From assembly GCA_010909165.1 (NCBI GenBank), contig MU008163.1, positions 1,364,001-1,428,000 on the forward strand: DNA of 64,000 bases, in the 5' to 3' direction. The stretch is from Anthoceros angustus. Lineage: Eukaryota > Plantae > Anthocerotophyta. The notes beneath the pieces are model-generated. The model was given only the letters and a program-made list of their open reading frames with translations, made no database searches and was not told the DNA's origin. Shown piece after piece: positions 38,576-52,600 of the stretch; position 1 is the stretch's first letter; the number at the start of each line of letters is the position of its first letter. The position numbers were made by a program, and so were the translations under genes.

Positions 38576-41393
38576 GGCGAAAGTATAATCTTAGGGAGTC
38601 ATGGTAATGAGTTTAAGGTATGACCTATAATAACAATAAAAGATTATGGAAAACACCAATTATAGTAACTCACAGTTTGAATAGATTTATTGAGGCGAAG
38701 AACTCACGTTCACCCACTAGAAGAAGTAAAGCGACATTTGGCAAAAGCAATTTGAGCAAATTGCGAGAGGAGGGTATATTCCTTTCGGATTTCCAACATA
38801 CCCACATATTGGTCGGAAGAAACTTGAAATCTCCACTCCTGCAACTCTTATGTTGGTTGCCAAATCCCAACCACATTAGGTGTCCTTCTTCCCTCACAAT
38901 TTCCACCACCACGTCCTAACCTCGCCCTTTCTACCTCTGGCTCTTGCACCCTTGCCTTCCTAGCGCAAATCTCCACTCACTTGTGACTTGAAGGAGGATT
39001 TCTCCAAGAGCGTTCACGGGCTCTTACACCTCCCAACAAATTGAGGGTCCTTTCTCCATAATCCCTTCTCAATCCCGCCACGCCCCTCTTTAACACTCAT
39101 CCAAGCTTGGGCAGCGTGCACCTTCGACAATGGGCTCCTTCCCTTTCTCTTTCTTCTTGGCACCTTTACTTTGCTTCTTGCTTATTTCTCCTCTGCTTGT
39201 CAGCACCCCTTCTCGGCTGCGCAGTGCGTGCGCGTGGCGATCTTGTGTGGGGATCTTCTACAGCTCTTGGCCCAAAATTGGCCTCTAATTGCACGATTTC
39301 TTATTTGACTTATTCACCTAATCCATTCAAAGAAACATATATAGCTATCCTATTACGCCTTGACCTTGTACTTCCTACCGGTGAGTTATCACCCTACGGT
39401 GGTCACTACGGTAGGTCTCTTGCCTGGTGGTAGGTGACTCGCCTACCACGGTAGGTATCTCTCACGGTGGTGAGCGGCTTACCTACAGTAGGTGACCCCC
39501 TACAGCTCACATTTATCACCTACTCTCCTTACCACAAGGTTGTTTTGACCTGTTTCTTCTTCCTAAGTATCCTCCCTACCTTCCTTATAGTATCCTATAA
39601 CTCCAACTCCAACTTCTCGATACCATGATGAGAATCAATAGCTCTTAGATAGAAGAGAAACAATGGAATGAATTGATTAATGAGTAAAGTACAAGCCTTT
39701 AAATAGGCTGGGTGGTTGGTGGTTACAACAATATGTTGTTGTAACCATAAGTAATTACAACCATAAGTTGTTGCAACTATAAGTTGTTGTAACAACTAAC
39801 TACCTAAAGCCCTAGCTCTAAATTAATGTTTAAGTAATGAGGCCCTAATGAATAGTGCCCTAAGCTAGACCTATTTCATCACTCCCACTCACTATGAATG
39901 TAGGGGTGAATTCTAGCTTCAAAATGAGGTCTAAATCATAGATAGACTCCACTTAATCAAAAGTTATAAGCCTAAGAAAAGCTAAACTTAAGCTTGATGA
40001 ATAAGTAAGCCTGAAATAGAAAACTTAATATGTCCACCAAAATATTCACCAGAATAAGGTTGACAAATAATAGCTCGAAATAGGCTTAAAAGAGAGGCCT
40101 AAAATAAATAAATAAATCAGGCGAAAATAAAAAGGCTTTAAATGGATAAGCCCGATGCTTATCCTAAATCACGCCCGCCACCGATTCGTGGCACGTGGTA
40201 TACGGTAAGGCCTTCCCCGCCGGCGCACACGAGGCGGTGTCGGAGGATAGCCGTCATTGTCGGCTCTCCTCCTCCCGCATCGCGCTCCGCGCCAGCTTCT
40301 CATCGCGCCCGCCGCGCTCCGCGCCCGCGCCCGCGCCCGCCGCGCTCGCCGCGCTCGCGCCCGCGCCCGCGCCCGCTCGTGGCGCAACTGTTGTGGTGAG
40401 GTGATTGGCGGCGCTCGCGGGGCGCTGGCTCTTGTGGTGCGCTCCCTCCGCATAAAAATGCGGATGGATTTCGCTCCATGATGAGAATCAATAGCTCTTA
40501 GATAGAAGAGAAACAATGGAATGAATTGATTAATGAGTAAAGTACAAGCCTTTAAATAGGTGGTTGGGTGGTTACAACAATATGTTGTTGTAACCATAAT
40601 TACAACCATAAGTTGTTGCAACTATAAGTTGTTGTAACAACTAACTACCTAAAGCCCTAGCTCTAAATTAATGTTTAAGTAATGAGGCCCTAATGAATAG
40701 TGCCCTAAGCTAGACCTATTTCATCACTCCCACTCACTATGAATGTAGGGGTGAATTCTAGCTTCAAAATGAGGTCTAAATCATAGATAGACTCCCACTT
40801 AATCAAAAGTTATAAGCCTAAGAAAAGTCTAACAACTTGCTTGATGAATAATAAGCCTGAAATAGAAAACTTAATATGTCCACCAAAATATTCACCAGAA
40901 TAAGGTTGACAAATAATAGCCGAAATAGGCTTAAAAGAGGCCTAAAATAAATAAATAAATCAGGCGCGGGCTTAAAAGGCTTTAAATGGATAAAATGGAT
41001 AAGCCCGATGGGCTTATCCTAAATCGCCGCCCCGGCCACGATGATGGGCACGGGCGGGGCTGCATAAGGCCGCACGGCGCGGCACACGGGGTGTCGGAGG
41101 ATAGCCGTCATTGTCGGCTCTCCCTCCCGCATCGCGCTCGCGCACATCGAGCTTCTGCTCGCCGCGCTCGCGCCAGCGCCCGCCGCGCTCCGCCAGCGCC
41201 CGCCGCCGCCGCTCCGCGCCCGCGCCGCTCCGCTACCGCAACTGTTGTGGGCGTAATTGGCCCCTGCCGGGACGCGTGGCTCTTGTGGTGCGCTCCTCCG
41301 CATAAAAATGCGGATGGTTGCGCTCCTTGATGTGCCGCGATGTTGCTCAGCCCTCCTGTATTAATGCATGATTATTCTTGTTGTGGGTGACTC

Positions 41394-42140
41394 GTGTCTA
41401 TTCTGTATAATATGGCCGCCTTGGTGAGATTCCATGTCCATTTGCCATTGCACATTTTCCTCATATTTTCCATTGTTCAATTGTGCATTTTCATATCTCT
41501 TGCATGTTTGAATACGACTAATATACCTAATGGTGGCGGGTCCTCGTCGTGCGGAGGAAGCCCGCCCCATGCTCCAAAAGACGAGGCCATAAAGAAAATG
41601 AAAAGAGCAAACCGAATAGCAAGAAGAAGAAGAAAACTTGCCGCGCGTGGAGAAAAGGAAAAATTAAGCCGGGAAGCCGCCCGTGGGCGCATCTTGTGTT
41701 ATAGAGAGGCACTTGCACGGGGTGAAGAGATCCCGATGTCGGGCCCCGGCCGTAACATAGGAAAGGACATGGAAGATCCTAATTTCTCTTATGAATTCCT
41801 GCAAGCATGTGCCGAGGTGGCGAAAACAGGTGGAGAAATGGCCGATGGAAGATGACGTCTTGGTGGTACAAGCACTGCGGGCCGATGTTGTCATCAAAGA
41901 AGTCGAGGGGCTGGTAAGCCAATAATGCAAAATAAATTGCAATAAATAATTTGATTGCATAAAAATACTAATGATTGTTGATGTAGATAATCCAACTCGA
42001 GGGCTCTGGTGTATCCTGAGTGTCACAGGTATGACTTCAACATAGAAGAAGAGTCGGAGGTCGGGGACTCCATAAACAGACGGAGGCCCCCAGGAGTATG
42101 TGAGGCAGCCCAAGCTGGAGAGCATATGCTAGCGCCAACA
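41394..42140 (+). CDS. Antisense ORF, possibly spliced, in the Copia-2 3' region
   Basis: ORF 41394..41855 with basic KKMKRANRIARRRRKL; an overlapping frame MEDDVLVVQALRADVVIKEVEGL ends at GTAAGC (~41914), then an AT-rich stretch; second GT..AG candidate at ~42171-42258. Confidence 0.4.
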
Positions 42141-42699
42141 TAGGAGAAGTAGGGGCTAGGGAAAAGAAAGGTGAGTAGGTGTAAAAGCCTATAGTTAGGG
42201 GCTAGTAACTAGGTGTAACCTATGCTAATGATAAACTTATCTACATCTATTTTGCAGATGTGGAGAAAGGGGTAGGCACAAGCCATGTGAGGTTTGCCCT
42301 ACCTCTACAACCTATAACAAAAGCTAAAAGGAAAATACCAAACTCCTATTTGCCACTGAAACCTATGCGAGCAACATACATGGTGCTTGGGAGGAAAGGA
42401 CGACCACGAAGTCCCCATGGAATATGTATGTGAGAAAAGGGGATAAAAATGATGTGGTTAGGTGCATATCCATGTGAAGAGTACGAAGGACACACCAAGC
42501 ACTTGTATAGTAAGTGACCTAACTTCGAATGACTAACTCAACACCATTTTTCTTCCTGTAACCCATGGAGTGTTTTGTAGGGTCCTTTTGGGCATTAGAG
42601 AGAGAAGAGAAGAATGTGATGATTACTTGGAAATAGAAGAGGAAATAAACATGCTAGATAAACTTTGTGGATTGTAAAATTGGAAAATACCCACTAGCT

Positions 42700-45600
42700 A
42701 GCGGCTTAACCTCTTGTACTCCTAACATTTTCATGTGTTTTAAATGCAAATCTCTTCCTAATGACTTGGTTAAAAGGTCAGCTGGTTGCTTTGAGTTGGT
42801 ATATAATTGATATCTATTGTTTTATTTTCTAACATTTCCCGTATGTAATGATACTCGACTGCTATATGTTTAGTTCTGGAGTGGAAAACAGGGTTCCTAG
42901 CTAAGGCAATAGCCCCCTGACTGTCACTGTAGAGAGGTGTAGGTCCATCTTGGGGATAATTCAACTCACTCAATGCTAACCTACTCCAGACTATATCCTT
43001 GGAGACGGAGGTGAGGACCCTATACTCTGACTCTGTACTGGACAAAGCAATGGTTGGTTGTTTCTTACTTGACCATGAAATGGGTGCACCTCCTAGCAGT
43101 AATGCATAGCCGGATACAGATTTGCGGCTATCAGGATCTCCAGCATAGTCGGCATCAGCATAAGCTGTTAATTGTAACTTAGATATGCCGGGAACATGTT
43201 TATACATCAATCATGTGCATAGTCCCTTTTAAATACCTGAATATTCTCTTGACACATTGCCAATGTTGTCGTCGGGATTCTCTAAAAATTGTGAGATCGC
43301 ACTAACTTCAAAAGATATATCGGGTCTTGTGAAGTTACTTAAATATATTAAGGTGCCAAGATATACATATTATGCTGACATTTTCACTTTCTGCATCTGT
43401 TTTAGGGCTCATATCTGCTGTAAGCCTTGTGCCACTTGGAAATGGTGTGGCTGGCTTAGCATCTTCTAGTCCAAACTTATTTAAGCTTTCTTTTATATAT
43501 TTTGTTTGAACCAAGGAAATGGATTTATTACCTCTATTTCTTATAATGTTAACGCCAAGGGCATAACTAAGGTCTCCTGTGTCCATCATTTCATAATGAC
43601 TTCTCAACCATGCTTTAATTTCAGCTAGATGGGAGAGTGAAGATGAAGCTAAAAATAAGTCATCCACATATAGTAAGAGGTAAATTGTGTCTTGTTTAGT
43701 CTTGGGGATATACATGCTAGCATCGCTTTGCTTTGAACAAAACCATATTTTGTAAGCTTGTCATGTATATCATTATTCCATTCCTTGCACGATTGCTTAA
43801 GGCCATAAATGCCTTTAATGAGCCTGCATACATGGTCTTCTTTACCTTTGACTTCATAGCCTTGAGTTGTCTCATGTATATTTCTTCTTGGATTCGGCCA
43901 TGCAGATAGGCGCTTTGACGTCCATCATGTGAAGATGTAAGTCATGTTGAGCGGACAAGGCTATTATAATTCGAGGAGGCAAACTTTGCTACGGTGCATA
44001 GGTAGCCAGGTATGTAATCTAAACCCGGTATCGGTAAACCCTCGCTACCTTGCCTTATATCGCTCAATAGAACCATCACCCTTACGTTTGATTTTAAAGA
44101 CCCATTTACTTCCCACTATTTTTCTCCCTTTGGGTGGTTTAACTAATTCCCATGTGGAGTTTTCTACTAAAGAGTTGTACTCAATCTACACTACCTTCCA
44201 TGTGTCTTTCTCGGGAGAGGAAAATGCTTGTTTCAAGGTTAGCGGTTCCTCTGGATCAACGTGGCTTTGTAAGCTTGATAATAAGGTGTGAGAGGAGAAA
44301 TGGGGTCATCGAGTGACAAGATATCCCAAAGGTGGTTCCTTCCATCCAGCAGTCCTGCAGCATGGTCTAGTCCTAAGATTGTACCTTGGTGCGGTTGTTG
44401 AATGTGTTCTTCAATGTCGACCACTTGTTGATGGTTCTGTCACGAGTAACGCAGCTCTTGTTCGCTCGTCGAATTCATCCACTTGCTCGGCGGGCTCATC
44501 CTCAAAGGAATACGATCCTCCTCACGAATTTCAACATCATAGTCGATTTCATCATCGCTAAATGTTGAGGTTCTTCTAAATCGGGATCCGGAGTAGTTGG
44601 TCGTCTTGGAATATATTCTAACTCCTCCTCCTCCTCCGCAATGAGGTTCATCCATAGGAGCTTCATGCGGAGGGAGTGAATGAATGATGACAAAATCATC
44701 GTCATCAAAGTGGAAGGCTCGGATCGCAGAGGAAGGAGCATCGGGAGTAATGGGAGCGGATGCCCCATAATAGGAGAAAGAATATGAGATTCATGAAAGG
44801 TCACGCTCCTAGCATAAATGAGCTTTCGGGTAGATGGGTCAAATAACTTGTAACCCTTAATGCCTTCGTAGCCAATAAAGGTATATTTGGCTGCCTTGGG
44901 ATCCAGCTTCTTGCGTTGTACTTTGGGGATGAACACATAAGCAGGGGATCCGAAGATTCGTAAATGATCAACAGAAGGTTTTCTCCCAGTAAAAGCTTCA
45001 TATGGAGTCATGCCTTGGACTGCGGAAGTCGGCAGTCTATTAAGGAGATATGTTGCTGTCAATATAGCTTCAGCCCAATAACTTTTAGATAATGTAGCTT
45101 GGGTGAGCAAACAGCCTGTGATCTCCTGGAGGCGTAAATTTTGTTTTCGCTCGCCATTTCTTTGAGGTGTGTGTACACACTAAGTTGTTGCGCTATACCT
45201 TCGCACAAAATTCAGCAAATTCATTGAAGTGAACTCTCCTCCATTATCGGAGCGAAGAGTTTTAAGCTTCTGTCGGTAGTCTCTCCCACATCATATATTC
45301 TTTGAAGAAAGAAAAGGCGACTCTTATGGCGGAGGATGTAGGTGAGGACGCAGGAATAATCATCGATGAAGGTTAAAAATATCTACAACCACTAAATGAA
45401 GGTGCGGATATCGGACCACAAATGTCTGTGAACCAACTCTAAGGGTGCCTTAGCCCTCCGAGGATGGATTGTGGAATGGAGCTTGATGACGTTTGGTTAT
45501 GACGCAAGCTTCACACGAGAGAGGTTCAAGTTTAGGAATACAGGAGTTCTATACAGTTTCCTTAGACATTTGGATAAGCTTTTGGCTATTCGGATGACCT

Positions 45601-48600
45601 AAGCAGCGATGCCAAAGCATGGTGCTTGAAGAGTGGGAATGGGAGGCTACATTGATGAGGTGTAACGGACCCACTTGGTGAGTTTATAGAGTCCATCTTC
45701 TAGTGTGCGGCAGATTGTGTATTAGTATGATAGTAAAGGAGACACAAATCGGCTTCAAGGATAATTTGCATGTTATGTTCTTGACATAAACTAGCGGTGA
45801 CACTAGATTCTTGCACATGGAGGGTACATAAAGGACATGGGAGAGAGTAAGAACTGCCGTGGAGCACTTTAATGCCACGGAACCTACACCAAATATGGTG
45901 AGGTTATGGTCGCCTAGAGCACTGTTTGTTGTCCTTTTGATGGCGAATCGACTCAAAAAGTTAAGATCGTGACATATATGAGATGTTGCACCTGTCTAAA
46001 TACCAATTTTGGTTTGATGGCTTGGAACTTGCCAAGCATAAGAGTGCTGATGGAGTTGCCGTGGAGGGCTTCTTCTTAACGGCAACATGTGCTCGTGGTG
46101 ACCTCCTTCTTTGGCTCACCATTTTTCTTCTTCCAACAATCCTTCTCCATATGGTTGGTCATCTTGCACCAATTCGGTAACTCCAGCCTTCTTCATGCCT
46201 TTGAAGGTTTAAATGAAGAAGTGGATGTTCCTTGAAAATTTTGAGTAGGAGTCGGTCTAGGGGAAGGACCCGGCCTCGGCCACGTCCTTCCTCTCTGCCC
46301 GTACATTACTTTGGCGGGCTGATCGGGATTTTCATTTCGGCTTGCGTCCTCCTCAATAAGTGCTCCAATTAATTCACTTACGCGATATCCGCGTTGGGGA
46401 ACATTAATTTCTTGTTTTGTGCACTCTAAGGACCGCATTTTGCGTTGTCACAAAGGGCCTATAGGAGGGCAAGTGGCGAGGAGAGCAATAAAAGTTTGTT
46501 TCTCTGTAAGTTTTCTTGAGGATGCATTGAAATTATTCTTTGTCACGGAAGTTGCTCAAGTGTTGTTGTAAGGAATCGCCTCCTTCATCCTTATAGTATA
46601 TAAGTGGCGTGTGGCGATCAATAAGCTCATTCCATCTTTGGAGGCATAAGTCGAGCTAACTTCTCCCACATCTCTGCGGTGTTTGCGTGCAACTTGGAGT
46701 ACCATCGCTTGTAAGTCCGTTCATTAAAACGCGTCTCGGGCTCTCCGATCTTTGGCTTCCCATTCATCTATAGCATCGAGTCCCAAGTGGAACATTCTTC
46801 CGCATCTTGACAATATTCCATAAGTCGCAGACACCTTAGGGCGGTGTTGCCATACATCGTACTTCGTTGAATCTATCTTTGTCTTTAAAGTTGTCACCTT
46901 GAATCACTTGAGGCTTGGATTCATTACGCTTTTAGCTTTCTCCTTTTCTTCCCTTTTAAATTGCTCCCATTCATCTCGCCATATAGATTGTTGTTCTTCA
47001 AGCCATTTGGTCTTTTGGCCAAAATTTTGCTCTGCTAGAAGTCATCAATATCCACGTCGAGATCGTCCGACCCCACCATTGCAAGTAATTTTAATGATGC
47101 GGGTTATGCCGTGGTTGACACGTCTTCTTGCATTGTTTTGCGGGAAAGAGGCGGTAGACATTTGGATAAGCTTTTGGCTGTTCGGATGACCTAAACGACA
47201 GTGCCAAAGCATGGTGCTTGAAGAGTGGAATGGGAGGCTACATTGATGAGGTGTAACGGACCCACTTGGACTGAGAGTTTATAGAGTCCATCTTCTAGTG
47301 TGCCAGAGCAGATTGTGTGATACTTATTAGTATGATAGTAAAGGAGACACAAATCGGCTTCAAGGATAATTTGCATGTTATGTTCTTGACATAAACTAGC
47401 GGCTGACACTAGATTCTTGCACATGGAGGGTACATAAAGGACATGGGAGAGAGTAAGAACGCCCGTGGAGCACTTTAATGCCACGGAACCTACACCAAAT
47501 ATGGTGAGGTTATGGTCGCCTAGGAGCACGCTTTGTTGTCCTTTTGATGGCGAATACGACTCAAAAGAGTTAAGTCGACATATATGAGATGTTGCACCGT
47601 CTAAATACCAATTTTGGTTTGATGGCTTGGAACTTGCCAAGGCATGAAGTGATGGAGTTGCCGTGGAGGGCTTCTTCTTAACGGCAACATGTGCTCGTGG
47701 TGACCTCCTTCTTTGGCTCACCATTTTTCTTCTTCCAACAATCCTTCTCCATATGGTTGGTCATCTTGCACCAATTGCGGTAACTCCAGCCTTCTTCATG
47801 CCTTTTGAAGGTTTAAATGAAGAAGTGGATGTCCTTGAAAATTTTGAGTAGGAGTCGGTCTAGGAGTGAAGTCGCCACGCCTCCCCTCTCGCCGCCCCGT
47901 ACATTACTGGCGGGCTGATCGGGATTTTCATTTCGACTTGCGTCCTCCTCAATAAGTGCTCCTATTAATTCACTTACCGATATCCGCGTTGTGGAGCCCG
48001 TTAATTTCTTGTTTTTGTGCTCTAAGGACCGCATTTTGCGTTGTCACAAAGGGCCTATAGGAGGAGGCAAGTGGCGAGAGAGCAATAAAAGTTTGTTTCT
48101 CCGTAAGTTTTCTTGAGGATGCATTGAAATTATTCTTGCACACGGAAGTTGCTCAAGTGTTGTTGTAAGGAATCGCCTCCTTCATCCTTATAGTATATAA
48201 GTGGACGTGTGGCGTCAATAAGCTCATTCCATCTTTGGAGCATAAAGCTAACTTCTCCCACATCTCGGCGGTGTTTGCGTCGCAACTTGGAGTACCATCG
48301 CTTGTAAGTCCGTTCATTAAAACGCGTCTGCCTCCGATCTTTGGCTTCCCATTCATCTATAGCGAGTCCCAAGTGGAACATTCTTCCGCATCTGACAATA
48401 TTCCATAAGTCGCGGGCGGACACCTTGGGCACGGTGTTGCCATACATCGCACCCGCTGAATCTATCTTTGTCTTTAAAGTTGTCACCTTGAATCACTTGA
48501 GGCTTGGATTCATTACGCTTTTAGCTTTCTCCTTTTCTTCCTTTTAAATTGCTCCCATTCATCTCGCCATATAGATTGTTGTTCTTCAAGCCATTTGGTC

Positions 48601-48735
48601 TTTTGGCCAAAATTTTGCTCTGCTACAAGTCATCAATATCCACGTCGAGATCGTCCGACCCCACCATTGCAAGTAATTTTAATGATGGGTTATGCCGTGG
48701 TTGACACGCCTTCTTGCATTGTTTTGCGGAAAGAG
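42700..48735 (-). pseudogene. gag-pol: Copia-2 gag-pol, frameshifted; gag/PR region duplicated (~45565-47155 / 47156-48735)
   Basis: RNase H ADADYAGD..SRKSVSGY...ALSSTESEY...HSRTKHI; RT LLLYVDDL; integrase YWAEAILTATYLLNRLPT...RKKLDPKA; protease NWYLDGATSHIC. Confidence 0.93.
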
Positions 48736-49610
48736 GCGGCAGCACAACATTCTTCAAATTATGAATTTCGCATCATAATCGAATCTGCAGACTTACAATC
48801 AAGTGAGAAGAGACCTTGTGAAAGGTCTCGGTCAACAATCTATCTGATAATATTGATTTGTTGTGTATTGTAAGTCAATTTCTCATTGATAGCGAGTGAT
48901 TTATTCTAAGTTCGCTCTAATGGAATCAAGAGATTGCTGCAGATGATCCGGATTAGGAGCGAAGATACTAGCCTTATTTTTATGTACTTAGAGATGGCGG
49001 ACTCTATGGCACTATATTGATAAAGGCTAAATGTAGAAAGGAGAGCTTCTGAGCATAAATGATATCTTGTACTCTATCTCCGACTTAGACAAAAGGGCTT
49101 CAATGAGACAACATACTTGTGCCTCTAAAACATCAATCGAGGAGAATTGAGGTCAAACTCCTCCGAATGTAAGAAGATTTGATTTGATGTTGTTTCTTCT
49201 TCTTTGAAGCCTTGATCTTCCTCCTAAATTCTTGTCTGCTGGATTAAAGGAATCCATGGAGGCGAAATTGATGCACAATGTGTGCATCATTGTGCTGGTC
49301 ACCGGATGATTCTTTGCTAAAGGCGAAATCTCCACGCATTATCTTCATTTGAAGTACTACAAACGCAAAAGCATTGGAGAGTAAATTGCCTAGAGCATAA
49401 GGAAGCGAGGTGCTCAAGCACAAAGAGCTATATGCTCGATACCATGATGAGAATCAATAGCTCTTAGATAGAAGAGAAACAATGGAATGAATTGATTAAT
49501 GAGTAAAGTACAAGCCTTTAAATAGGCTGGGTGGTTGGGTGGTTACAACAATATGTTGTTGTAACCATAAGTAGTTGCAACCATAAGTTGTTGCAACCAT
49601 AAGGAGGCCC

Positions 49611-52600
49611 GGACCTCTGTCCGGGCCTCCTTCTCTTGGTGCCCCGTTTGCGCACCTATCTCCGTAGATCCCTGACTTACATCCGTAGGGATCTCCCTAA
49701 GAACACCTTTCTCCTCTTCCATGTCGAGGTTTTGGCCCTCCTCAAGGCATAGGGGCCTCTTCCTCCCTCACGGGATTTCTCCTTCTACCTTCAGCGCCCC
49801 AACCCGGCTCGGCTCGCTCTCATCAAGGTCTATCTCCAACCTCTTCCTCTTCTTCATCATAGACTCGGACTTGGGTCCCTTTCTAGCCTCCCAACACTTC
49901 CATCGACCCTGAGGGCCTTCTCATGGCAAGAGGTGGGCACCTCCTCCGAGGCACCAACTCTACCATATCAAAGGGCGCCACAGTGGACAATTCCTCAACA
50001 CTCAATAACCCCTCCACTCCCCACTGGACCAAGTAAGTGGACAAGTAGCATAACTGGGAGACTCAGCATCATGGTTAGGCTTCAAAATCTTCTCCTATGA
50101 TAGACGTAAGCATTGTACATAATATTCGATCCCAATACAGCGACACTCTCCACATAAAACCAGCAAGGCATCGTTAAAGTAGGTCTTCCTCGATAATTAA
50201 TAAGTCCCATGACCACTTTAGCGAAGGTTCGCCACTTGAATTCCTTGATGGCGGTGTGGGCCAGCCATTCTTCGTTTTGCACTCTCTCCCCGTGTAACAT
50301 GGTGATGCCCCTTAGGAAGTGAAATGGGAGCCATCTTCTTCCCATCCTTAGCCTTTTTCGTTATCACAATCCCATCTCCTCTTGGTAGGTCGCCCATAAA
50401 CACCGCTGCAGGCGAAAGACCTCGGGTCCGTTCTCGCGTTCCGCTCTGGAAGGGCTGCCAATTGCCTTGGAGTCTGGCAAAGGCTCACATAGCACTTCTC
50501 CACAAGCTTGAGATTGCTGTAGGCCCAATGTCGGCCATATGCCCACTGGAGCTGTATGTTCTCCTCGCCCGCCCACGGCCAAAAATCAACCAGATCCTGT
50601 GAGCACACTTGGCCCACAAAACACTCAAACATAGGCATGTTGATTTCTGGCGGATCCTCCGACGTGGCCTCTCTTCTTCTTCTCTTCCCTTTGTTAGGGG
50701 TAGGTGTCTTCCCCATGGCTCCTTCCAACTTGGTTGCACGAGAGGAGATGAGAGGTGTACTCCCTTCTTCCTTTTCTCGGTCCTTAGCCCACCTACGCGT
50801 TTACCAACCTATGACCGTAGGTTGCTCCTCTCAACACAATCTCTAAGGCCCTTTTGCTTCCTTCCCAAATTGCCACAGTTCTCACAATCTTGAGCTTATG
50901 ATGGAGCTCCTCCTTCTAGTAGCTCGCAACCCTCTAGCTCACATGCACTTGTCACGGTGTAATCATTCGGCTACCTTGTCTTAAGTAGGGAACACAAGCT
51001 TGTTAAGGAAGGAGATGGAGGTGGGCCAAGTTTGGGAAGGTATACTCAAGCGCCACCACGTTGATGTCTGCGTGGCGCCATCTCCACCGCTAAACTTTTA
51101 AGTAACTTCCCGCCAAGTATACCTAGGGCTCTTATTCTCGCTACTTAAACTAGGGGTTCAACATTAATTACTAATTCCACATATGCACATATGGGTATAT
51201 GCACATATGCATTCCATGCACATATGCACATTCCATACATGGGTATATGCACATATATAACATAAAAGAATTCTACAAAATGGCTCTCCATGTAAGGCAT
51301 CCACCTACTTTGGTAGGTCCTCATACTCACGGTCTCACAGGTCACGTATTTACCCTACACCTAAACTCTTGATTCTGCGAAACTCCCGAATTCCTTCTCT
51401 TGTTCCTAACTTCCTAGATGGCTCAAAAGAAATACTCGTTACTCCTTGCTCTTCATTTTGAACCAAGATCGAACAAAAATGATCCAAAGCGGATCAAAAT
51501 GACAAAGGGCCCAAAATTTTCCATTCCACGGTGAAGATAATCGAACCGCTAAGCATTTACGCATGTGCTGTTTGTCCCATGCAAGCATTTACACGGATGC
51601 AATAAGAGGAATGGCAAATAAGTTTGCACACCCAACGTGACGATTAACAAGCTTTCTTGCAAAATGAGCAAGAAGATCCACATGCACAAACATGTTTACG
51701 TACTCGGGGGCGAGAAGGCCCAGGAAATGCGCGCACCTTGGGGCAGGGGCCATGGTGCGTGGACAAATGCGTGCACCCGGGGCAAGGGGCCCCGATCGAG
51801 CACCTAGGGAGGGGGCTTGGTACACGCACTTGTGCATGCACCTAGGGTCAAGAAGGCCCTAGGGACATGAACCCATATGGTTAATGCCTCTTGGTGCATT
51901 CCCATGGTTCATTCATTTCAAAAAATGAGTAAAAAATCTAAAATAATACGGAAAAAAAATCCAATTTTTGAGGCAACCGCACACTTGCTCTAAAAGTTTG
52001 GCATTTTTGGTATTTTTTCATGTTTTTGTAGGTTTTAAAGTGTTCCTTTTGGCATTTTCAACCCTTTTTTGTACCTCCCTAATCAATATGTCCTCATCTT
52101 GATTTAGCTCTCATCTTTTTCTAGTGATCAAAACTAGTGGTGAGAACTTTTGCATATTTTCAATCTTGAGACGTTTGGCATAGGCCCGACTCCAAGTGCA
52201 AACCATACCAATCTCATTCTACTATACATGCATTAAGAGCATCAAGTAAATGAAGATATTATCGCCCCAATGTCTGAGAAACAAAGTCCTGTAGAATTCC
52301 CAGAGCGAAAGTATAATCTTAGGGAGTCATGGTAATGAGTTTAAGGTATGACCTATAATACCAATAAAAAGATTATGGAAAAACACCAATTATAGTAACT
52401 CACAGATTTGAATAGATTTATTGAGGCGAAGAACTCACGTTCACCCACTAGCCGAAGAAGTAAAGCGACATTTGGCAAAAGCAATTTGAGCAAATTGCGA
52501 GGAGGGTATATTCCTTTCTCGATTTCAACATACCCACATATTGGTCGGAAGAAACTTGAAATCTCCACTCTGCAACTCTTATGTTGGTTGCCAAATCCCA

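Larger units (their letters stand above)
39616..49603 (-). mobile_element. Copia-2 element with atypical ends: PBS remnant, LTR (39626-40478), LTR (40479-41349), PPT (~41350-41358), 3' region, pol, gag, PBS (49434-49444), partial LTR (49445-49603)
   Basis: LTR end CTCATCA followed by TGGTATC(A)GAGC on the minus strand; domain order gag-PR-INT-RT-RH; no TSD. Confidence 0.88.

Noticed and set aside
40142-41330. RA/RP dipeptide-repeat ORFs
   Set aside because: GC-rich low-complexity tract inside the Copia-2 LTR, divergent between the two adjacent copies; no coding evidence.
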